From Octopus vulgaris (lineage: Eukaryota), in the NCBI GenBank assembly GCA_951406725.2, contig OX597817.1, positions 128,836,001 to 128,900,000 of the forward strand: a DNA stretch of 64,000 bases, given 5' to 3'. Of the stretch, positions 54,226 to 64,000 are shown piece by piece (the first letter of the stretch is position 1; each line of letters starts with the position of its first letter). Under the pieces are notes generated by a model that saw only the letters and a program-made list of their open reading frames with translations, made no database searches and had not been told where the DNA came from. The translations under genes and the position numbers were made by a program.

Positions 54226-54717
54226 CATACCTATCTATCTATCATTTATCTATCTTGTCTGTCTGTCTGTCTGTATGTATGTATGTATGTGTATGTCTAT
54301 ACATACATGTATGCATGTATGTATGTATGTATAACTTGTTTGTTCTACTCCACACGTTTTTGCAAGATGATCTTAAGTTTATCCATTTTGTAGATTTAAT
54401 AAAGTAGTTACCCTTAGTGGTTAAATGAAAGAGAAATGCTACTAGAATTGTTAGTATAAATTAACCCTCTTCTAAAGATTAAAAAAAGTTTACAAGTGGC
54501 TATTGTTGCCACAAGTATACCGGCTAGAACTTTTGCCCTACACCGTCAATAACTTTACTTTAGTTTCCACGCCTGTAATGGAGCAGGGAGCAGATTTCTG
54601 GAATGATTCTTGTTGTCTTGGGCTATCAAGTGATCCTTTCTGTATTTCTTTGTCTGACTATATTTTTCTTAGTCACCGCCATAATGACGTCCAGCTTGGA
54701 CATCAAACACATAAGCT
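53799..54717 (-). repeat. Two related 80-bp segments (53799-53878, 54638-54717), possibly Penelope RT N-terminal relics
   Basis: Shared TTCTGTATT.CTTTGTCTGACT.TATTTTTCTTAG.CACCG..CTTGGACATCAAA..CATAAGC; minus translation LMNLMSKLDLVISVAKKNTV resembles L..L....DIVI..ADK. Confidence 0.4.
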
Positions 54718-54909
54718 CTGAAGAGTGAAAATTTAATGAACACTGCAATATTTTCTTCAGGAAATAAAATGCAAAGAACCCAACAGAAGAGGAAAAGACG
54801 AGCTCGCAGCAAAATCGTGTAAAAGCAGCAAAGAGACGATGAGAACAAAACGCTAAAGCGTTTCATCGAAGAGTTTCATCAAAGAAATTGAAACCAGTAC
54901 TTTTTTTTT

Positions 54910-55040
54910 TTTGTTAAGCCTAGTATTTATTCTATCCGTCTCTTTCAACCGAACCGATAAGTTACTATGAGGTAAAGAAGCCAACAACATTTGTCAAGCT
55001 GTGTGAGGGACAACTACATAGACATACACATAGACACACA

Positions 55041-55071
<31 letters not shown>

Positions 55072-55985
55072 TCACACGCACACACACACACATACAAACA
55101 TACACACGCGTGAACACACAAACACACGCACACACACAAGAACAAACACTCACAAACGCACACGCACACACACAAAAAAATGCGTGCGCACACAGAGATG
55201 CTCACACACACACAAACACACTCACGCACAAACATGCATACACACATACACACACATGTATGACTGTTCTTTTTTATTTAATAAACGAGAAAGGGTGCAT
55301 GTTGTGTATATGAGTTTGGAAGATTGCTTGAAAATACAGGGCATGCTATACAAGCTTTTCAGATTATCGTGCTTTTTACAGTATGAAACTAATTGCACCT
55401 CGAATTTAAACCTTGTGTTTACAAAATGATATGTGCATGTGCGTGTGTGTGTGTGTGTGAGTGTGCACGTGTATGTGTGAGTATATCTGTGTATCTTTGT
55501 GTTTATATATGTATGGATGTATGCATGTATACGAAGTTGGTGAGCTGACAGAATCGTTCGTTCGTCGGACAACATGCTTAGCTACATTTACTCCGGTTCT
55601 TTACGTTCTGAGTTGAAGTCCCTCTAAGGTCAACTTTGCCTTTCTTCCGTTGGGGTTCAAACTAAACGATTTTCTCCTTTCGGTCAACATTGCTGGCCTT
55701 CAATCCGGCAATGGCCCGGCTTCACCGTTTCTGGGAAAAAAGTTGTAATCTCAGTCATTTATATGCAATGGAAACCGAGTAACAGCCTTTACGGTCCGAG
55801 AAAGGAGTAAGATAAAAATATATACACGATGGACTTCCGCACAGTTTCCATTTTCCAGATTTACTCAGTGGCGTTGGTCGGCGTAGAACTTTAGAAGAAC
55901 ATGCAACTCCAAGGTACGTGAAGTGGGAGTGAAACCGGAACCACGTGGTTGTAAAGGGAACTACTTAACTACATAGCCATGCCTG
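54910..55985 (-). mobile_element. Diverged SINE family B split by microsatellite and a SINE A fragment
   Basis: Tail 54910-55012, head 55825-55985, family A piece 55535-55700 on the plus strand. Confidence 0.65.
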
Positions 55986-57025
55986 CATCTATTTTTACTC
56001 ATAGTTGTTGTTGTTGTTGTTGTTGTGTTGATGTTGCATTTGTTTGTAGAGAGGTGACTGTAGTGACGGCGGTTATGGGGTTCGTTATGGAGGTAGTGAT
56101 GCTGGTGGTATTGGTGAATGAGGCGGTTGTGGTGGTGGTGGTGGTGGTAGCGACGATGCTGGCGATGGTTGTGACTGTCATAGCGGTTGTGGAGACAGCA
56201 ACGTAGGCAATTGTTGTATTGAGAGGCGTGATTTGGCAGCAGCGGTAGGGATGTGTTGCTGGTCTCTTTCAATACGAACCTTAGCTATTCATTCCAACTT
56301 TAAATCACATTGAATTCTAGTTGACACATAAACTCTCAACCTCTACTACATCCTTCCTCTCGTTTTCTTATTCTGTGTCTCTGTCTCACGTATACGCAGA
56401 AACATCCACACTCACCCTTCACATACATATACATTAATATACTTAGACCACAATTATATAAATATACATACGTACATGCGCATAAAGAAGCAAACACTAT
56501 TAACGTATACACTCCATCTTCGTGGTAAAGCGTATGTGATAAACACACAGACTCAAGGACGCATACAAGAACATACGCAAATATGCGTTGTGTGTATATG
56601 CGTCTGTACACACACATGTGTGAGTGTGAGTGTATTGCGCGTGCGTATAGTGTGTTTTACATAACTTTGTAAAAAAAAAAGTTGTATTAGAAGACTTGTG
56701 CGAATTGCAACTAATTATCTTAGCATATACATGTATGTATGAATGTATATTTCATTAATATAGGTGCATATATACACACACACATACATACATACATACA
56801 TACATACATACATACATACATACATACATACATACATACGTATATACATAAATACATATATACATACATTCATACATATATACATATAGACATATATATG
56901 TATGTATAAATGTATATATAGAAACATATATATGTAATAATACATACATACATATATATATATATATACATTAATATAGGTGCATGTATACACACACATA
57001 CATACATACATACATACATACGTAT

Positions 57026-57057
<32 letters not shown>

Positions 57058-57067
57058 GTATGTATAA

Positions 57068-57112
<45 letters not shown>

Positions 57113-57355
57113 AGATAAGAAAATGGAGAAATACATCTAAATCAAATATCAATTACCAGATAATACTCAATCACATACTTTATTAAACCACCACATAAGA
57201 GACTGTAGGGTTAAACATAAAAAAGCAGAACAAATCAGTGTACATAAATGAATGTACATAAAAAAGTGTACATAAAAGAGTGATGTTGTATAATAAGTAG
57301 AATATATATATAAAAGAGAATATACATATAAGTATATATAAATATAAGTATAGAT

Positions 57356-57488
57356 TACATCTTACAGTTGTTTCGGCCATGTAGATAAGTATGTCTCATT
57401 TTACCAATATTGGCCTTTTATGGTAGGTCAATATATAGATATAAATGAGACATTTACAAAAATATCATAAGGCCTCCTCGGAGATATA
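57356..57488 (-). ncRNA. Type I hammerhead ribozyme motif, U4C core, 92-nt insert in helix II
   Basis: Minus strand TATATCT-CCGAGGA-GGCC..GGCC-GAAAC-AACT-GTA-AGATGTA; nested hairpin ATGTCTCATTT/AAATGAGACAT inside helix II. Confidence 0.78.
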
Positions 57489-57656
57489 CATATACATATG
57501 AGTGCATATACTCACACTCCTATACATATAAAAATATACATATACATAATAATGTAAATAAATAATATAAATTAGTAAACATATATACGTTCCTTATTCA
57601 ATGTCTCAGTTCTTCAACTTAATATTGTGATAATAAACATACACATATTAGTACCT

Positions 57657-57832
57657 AGATGCAAATATACACAGTCAATAGTACATTATATTACTTCCTA
57701 CTAATTGCCAAAGTGTCATTAAAGTTAGCATCATTATCGTTGCCAGATGCAAATATACATAGTCAATAGCACATTATAATACTTCCTACTAATTTCCAAA
57801 GTGTCATTAAAGTTAGCATCATTATCATTGTC
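57657..57832. repeat. 88-bp tandem duplication
   Basis: 57657-57744 and 57745-57832 are nearly identical. Confidence 0.9.
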
Positions 57833-58721
57833 AATACAATTAATGTTATCATTATTATCATTCATAATATTATTAATAACGCTTACATTAGGATCCGAAG
57901 TGGCACATATGTATGTCCGGGTTCAAGTTAGTAATTTTCCTTATGACATAAATATACTATTGGATTTGAATTTAAATTATCATTGTCATCATCATGGTTG
58001 GTCCGTTGAGAGCCGCCCGACCTCCACCACACCGCACAAGAAAAACATACACATCCACATCCAACCCTAAACACAAACGTCCACATAAATACCCACACAC
58101 ACATGCACACACACATGAATACACCCCGACACAACTCTACACATTCACTAGATTGCAGAGTGCATGTCTGTCATCGCATGGCTTATAGACAAATCAGTAC
58201 AGGCAGCAGTGTCTATACACTAACACACACACTCACACGCACATCCGCATATACTCATAAATGTTAATACACTCTTATATACTATATCAGGGAACATTCG
58301 CACACATATATATACATATTTAAATATATGTCTGCGCACTCATACGTACAAATAAAACCTATACTTATATCCACCCATGAATAAATATTTGCATATGCAT
58401 ATATACATATCAAAATACGCACCTGCGTACTCATATGTATAAGAAAAACATACATCCGTACATCCACCTACGAGCATACCTATACGCACAAAAACATACA
58501 TACGTACACATACACATTTTCACACACCTCGACACCTCCACCCACATCCACTAAATCATAAATTAAAATATATGTCTGCCCATCCAAAGACATATATATA
58601 CATACACAAAAAGTAAACAGAAGTTACTATTAACTTAGATATAAGTTCATTAATTATAAATTAAATTAAATTGATTATAAGTTAGTAAGTGCCAAATAAA
58701 CAAAAATAAATAATTAAATAA

Positions 58722-58770
<49 letters not shown>

Positions 58771-59059
58771 TATCCATGTATAGATAAATAGATAAATAAA
58801 ATGGAATACAAATTAAGGAGGGCACAAAGATAAACCTAATATAGTAAATATAAGTGGATACACCGAAATGCACCCACATGCACATACATGTGCATGCACG
58901 ACCCCGCACGGACACGCGAATTCATGGCTGGGCCCACACGCACACACGATCACCGAGATGTACACCAGAACACGCGTACAAGTACACGCGAATGTCCGCA
59001 AGCGCAGAGCGCGAGAGTGCACACATATATATTATAATTTGAAACTGACTTATTGAAGT

Positions 59060-59102
59060 CCACCTGAAGATTGTCGATCAAGACAAGAAACGATTGTAGT
59101 GG
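59060..59102 (+). ncRNA. Minimal type I hammerhead ribozyme motif, canonical core
   Basis: CCAC-CTGAAGA-TTGTC-GATCAA-GACAA-GAAAC-GATT-GTA-GTGG; predicted cleavage after A59098; ACGATTGT is self-complementary with G-U pairs. Confidence 0.85.
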
Positions 59103-60363
59103 CGGTTTTTTTGACTATTTATTAAAATTTTATGTATTGATTAAGTCTTTCCTTGTTTGTTTTGCAAAATAGTGGTTTTGTCTCTAATAATATTTTATAA
59201 TATTTTACTATAAAATTGGATTTAATCTTAAATCTGATTTTTTTCCCTGTAAATTTGGATTTATTCCCTAATATTTATTATATATATATATATATATAAA
59301 ATTCTGCGTTTGCAATACTTTTTTTCGTTCGGCGTCAACAGCCCTTCTTATCTTGTTTTCCTTGTTCTGTCTTATACTGTTTACAATTTGCACTGTCGTT
59401 ACTGTCCTGTTGTTACTATTTTTTACCCCTCTGCGAAAAAATCTCAGAATTTTAATTGATTTGCTTTTCGCAGGAAGGAAAGGTTTCTTGTCGCTTTTAT
59501 CCTTCGAAACGTAGAGTAGATGAAAGCTTTAGCGACTGAAGAAGGGGTTTTTCCTTGTGTTAATTGTCCTGTATTCTATTTTTTTTTGCTGTTTTTAATA
59601 AATGTCCAGTTCCTTTGGTTTGTGTCTATGTTTTCGTTTCTCATTGTGTTCGACGTCCTTTTTGGTGTCCTGTACTCACATATGCGTGTATATGTACATG
59701 TAGGTACGTACATATATGTTTATATATATGCATATGTTTTATTTTATTTATTAATATATTATATATATATATATATATACAGCTGTGCCCAACAAGCATT
59801 GACTTGTGCAGTGTCAGTTGATGGAGTGTCACGTTATATTTTTTTAGATGTCTGTTATTTGCTGTGAGAGCAGGTTAAGCAGAGTTTTTATTTCCCTTTC
59901 TGACATTCTATTGTTTTGACGTAGTTCCACAAATTTTGTTGCACTTCTGTCTCATGCACAAATTATATGCAACATGAATCAATATATGATCAGTGAGGCA
60001 GTTAGCTCTCCTCATTGTATATGTACAGCATATAGCTGAAGTATTGTCCCTGCGGGTAAGTACATAGTTCATCAAATGCCATCGTTTCCACAGGTGATGA
60101 TACCTACAGTGAAACTATTCTTCGGGAAGCTTCAAATAGTTGAAGGTATCTTACACTCTTTCTAAAAACTTCAATGGCAAAACCGGATAAGGGAGTCCAA
60201 TTTTTGCAGCTCCTTTTTCTATTTATGTGTGTATAGAACCAAGTACCAGACTTTTAAAGTGTTGATTAGTGTGGTCGATTCGTTCGACCAAAGTTTTTCA
60301 TCTTGGTACCCAGCATGGTCGCAGTCTAATGACTAAAACCATCAAAGGATAACACATAAAGAT

Positions 60364-60412
<49 letters not shown>

Positions 60413-61058
60413 CGTGTGTGTGTGTGTTTATGTAACAAACGAATGCAAAAAAACGAGGTTTTGTTTATAAGATATTTATTTGAAAAACCTTACGTACGTT
60501 TCATTAATGCAAATTACATAGTGAAAACTCTGTCAAATGACCAGGTCAGAAACATGGAACTTATATCGTAACACTATAGGATTGAAAGGATGACAGAATC
60601 CACTTTCGGATAGATGGCTAGCAACAGTCACTAAATTACTTAAAGAATGATGAAAGAGAAAGAGAACATGCATACATACAGTCACTCACACATACAGATA
60701 TTGACAAGATTGGCGTATGAGATCCTAGTCACAGGCGGTACTACCGACTTGAGATTATTAATGTCGTATTAAATAAACATTGAAGGTTAAGGATATTTTA
60801 GTTGATAATATAACTCAACTTTTTTTAATCATTATTTTTTGAGAAAAGTCAGCCAACTGTTCAAATTGTCAGGGCGCCGGAATAAAAGATTTCCGGTATT
60901 TAACGACGTGTCTCCACAGTTTTCACACTAATCAGTTACACTCACGTTATAGACCTGCGATATCGGAGAAGAAACATGCCAAAGGTAGCGCCACATAGCT
61001 ACGGAGCGACAATGTGTATGTGTAAGTGTGTGTGTGTGTGTGTGTATGTATATGTTTA

Positions 61059-61151
<93 letters not shown>

Positions 61152-61154
61152 ATA

Positions 61155-61590
61155 TGGTTGCAAGTTCAGTCCCACTGTGTGACCTTCAGCAAGTTTCTTA
61201 TACTAGCCTCGGGTTGACCAAATCCTCGTGAGTGGATTTGGTTGACGGAACCTCAAGAAGTCTATCATATGCGTGTGTGTGTGTGTGTGCATGCGTGCGT
61301 GCGTACGTGCGTACGTGCGTGCGTGCGTGCGTGTGCGTGTGTGCGTGTGAGTGTGTGCCTGTTCATGTGTGTGTGTCTGTGTTTGTCCCCCTGAAATCGC
61401 TTGACAACCGATGTTGGTGTGTTTATGCCCCCGTAACCAAGCGGTTCGGCAAAACAGACATATAGAATAAGTACTAAGCTTACAAAGATTAAGTCCTGGG
61501 TGGGGATTTCTTCGACTAAAACCCTTTATGGCGGTGCTCCAGCATGGCCGCAGTCAAATTACTGAAGCAAGCACAAGAATAAAAGAATAA
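61155..61590 (+). mobile_element. SINE family B
   Basis: Partial head, (TG/TGCG)n linker and full tail. Confidence 0.85.
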
Positions 61591-61811
61591 AGGAACATAT
61601 ATATATATAACGTCGTAATAAATTTGAAAAGCTAAACGCGAAACCGGTCTTTCTTCTAAATTGTCATTGTAAGGAAAAAATTTTTTAATATTCTTCAGAC
61701 ATATTGACGCAAATATATATATTTTTTAACCTTTAAGCCTTCTGTAGTTTTTTCACTTTTTTACTATTTTCTATATATTCAACCACGTGCTTTCACAAAC
61801 CAACTTTCTTA

Positions 61812-61848
<37 letters not shown>

Positions 61849-62284
61849 CTAAAAATAAGGGTGTCTGAGAGACACCACCATGCCGAAATAGCAATCAAAT
61901 CCCTGACTCTAAAAACCACGTTAAATGTTCATATCGCACCATGAGATAAGACAGAGGAACAAAATAGACTAGCAAAAAATATTACTGAATAATTCAAGAT
62001 CCAGGATTTCTAGATTTGCTTTAAATAAGCTTTGCCATCATCGGTTGAATATATCAAAGCACATAAATACAAATATATATATACAGAACAAACGTTATAC
62101 TTACATATACGAGCGTCCATATATATTTTTTCCATGCTGGCCACTTGATAATATCGATATTTAAATATCGATATTATCCTTATTTATAAATTTATATATA
62201 TATATACACACACGATGTACTTCTTTCAGTTCCCATCTACCGTATCCATTCACAAGGCTTTGGTCAGACCAGGGTTATAATATA

Positions 62285-62823
62285 CAGGTTGTTCAAAAAG
62301 TCTCTCCGCAATGAATATTTTGAAGACACCATCAACACCGAGAGATATTGCTCAAATATTGTCTATCCATTTGTGGGCCAACTTACCGAAAGTGAAATTA
62401 ATAATGCATACTTTCAGCAAGATGGAGCTACAGCACATACTTCGCGCATCGCCATGGCACTACTTCAAGAGTTTTTTGGTGAACTGATTATTTCGAAGGG
62501 ACTTTAGTTACCAAGATCACCTGATTTAACACCGCCAGACTTTTTTCTGTGGAGCAAATAAAGGATCAGTGTACAAGAATCGCCCGAAAATCCTTAATGG
62601 CCTAAAAGACGCAATCATAACCTTCACATGGCCCCTACCACATCAGACTCTCCAAAATGTATTTTAAAACATGTGTAGAAGGGTCAAATGATGTAAAAAT
62701 GAAGGATGACACTTTCAACACCTCTGATAACGTTTTCTAAAGTCTAATATAGTCGTTTGTAGTCTTATACCAACTTATTTATTTTGCAATAAGATACTGC
62801 AGAGAGACTTTTTGAACACCTTG
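62285..62823 (+). mobile_element. Internally deleted Tc1/mariner element (maT/rosa-like, DD38D spacing)
   Basis: TA-flanked TIRs CAGGTTGTTCAAAAAGTCTCTCCGCA / TGCAGAGAGACTTTTTGAACACCTTG; YFQQDGATAHT..*LPRSPDLTPPDFFLW with 38 residues between the aspartates. Confidence 0.9.
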
Positions 62824-62825
62824 TA

Positions 62826-63227
62826 CTTTTCTACTCTAGGAACAAGGCCCGAAATTTTTGAAGAGGGAACCAGTTGATTAAATCGACTCCAGTGCATAAC
62901 TGGTACTTAATTTATCGACCCCGAAAGGATGGAAGGCAAAGTCGACCTCGGCGGAATTTGAACTCAGAACGTAAAGATAGACGAAATACCTATTTCTTTA
63001 CTACCCACAAGGGGCTAAACACTGAGAGGACAAACAAGGACAGACAAACGGATTAAGTCGATTATATCGACCCCAGTGCGTAATCGGTACTTAATTTATC
63101 GAACCCGAAAGGATGAAAGGTAAAGTCGACCTCTGCGGAATTTGAACTCAGAATGTAACGGCAGACGAAATACTACTAAGCATTTCGTCCGGCGCGCAAA
63201 TGTTTCTGCTAGCTCGCCACCTTGTCT
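62826..63227 (-). mobile_element. SINE family A dimeric composite
   Basis: Two core modules; TSD AGGGTTATAATATAC at 62271-62285 (split by the Tc element) and 63228-63242; sits within a SINE B head. Confidence 0.88.
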
Positions 63228-64000
63228 AGGGTTATAATATACGACACTTAACGAAGGTGTCTCGCAGTAGGATTGAACCTGGGCCAGGTGGTTGGAAAGC
63301 AAAATTCTTACCACACATTCACACTTATACCTAATGTATATGCATAACTCGCGCGCGCATCACACACACACACACACAGAAATGCATACACATACACACA
63401 GATAGATATGTATAAACGCGCACTTTTGTGTATTTGTGTTCGTGTCTGCAGACACAAGCACACATATAGAGTGTTCTATTAAAAAAAAAATATCCATCTT
63501 GTGTAGTGAAACTGTATTTTATGACATTGATTTATTTAAACAGGTTTGCATTATTGTTGTTGTTGCTATATTTGCTATTACTACTTCTGTTACTGCTGTT
63601 ACTATATAGCACGGAGCAAAGCGATGAAATATATGGCGAGTGTTCTTTATAATCTGTAAGAAAATGTCACAGGATCAGAAGCACATTTGCAAATAAGTGA
63701 TAGATAGAATATGAGCATTTCTTCACCTTGATATAATGTGTTTGCTTTATTTGCTTTTACTTTTGTTGCTGTTGTTGTTTTGGAGGAAGGCCTTCTTTAT
63801 TAAAGATTGATCATCCTGTCCTTTAACCTTTCATTTTATTCTATATCTTTGGGTCATAAGAACGAGGTGGGAGACATTTGAGAAGGTGTTTATAAAGCGT
63901 CTCCTTTACAACTTACCCGAGCCATGCTCTCCCAATCGCTTTCTCCTTCTCCCTCTCATCCCTTTCTGTCTCTCTGTCCTCCTTTCTCCTTCTTTTCATC

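Noticed and set aside
54853-54885. TTGATGA..GAAACGCT hammerhead-like motif on the minus strand
   Set aside because: Helix II and helix I do not pair
59900-60230. Possible decayed coding fragment on the minus strand
   Set aside because: No recognisable motif and interrupted by stops
61630-61660. GAAACCGGTC 3' half of a hammerhead
   Set aside because: No CUGANGA or helix I partner upstream

Overview
AT-rich, microsatellite-saturated eukaryotic (metazoan) DNA with no intact, recognisable protein-coding gene. The tRNA-headed SINE families look like those of octopus, which is an inference from family resemblance only. Almost all ORFs in the track are artefacts of simple repeats. The window is a mosaic of four or five tRNA-derived SINE families (some moving as TSD-flanked dimers/trimers), decayed Tc1/mariner transposons with TIRs, two Dong/R4-like LINE 3' ends inside a (TAA)n tract, RTE LINE pieces, Helitron ends, Penelope-like RT and GIY-YIG relics, a 1.3 kb 26-bp minisatellite and a 250-bp foldback. 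The most striking unannotated signal is a set of at least seven sequence-unrelated type I hammerhead ribozyme motifs, plus about six decayed ones, mostly in short inserts bounded by (TA)n. They have palindromic, dimer-type helix III, and include a compensatory U3-A8 core variant, two U4C variants and versions with long hairpins inserted in helix II. A speculative phase-consistent spliced ORF (17277-17414 joined to 18622-18812) may be the end of a host gene. All calls were made by eye, without searches.
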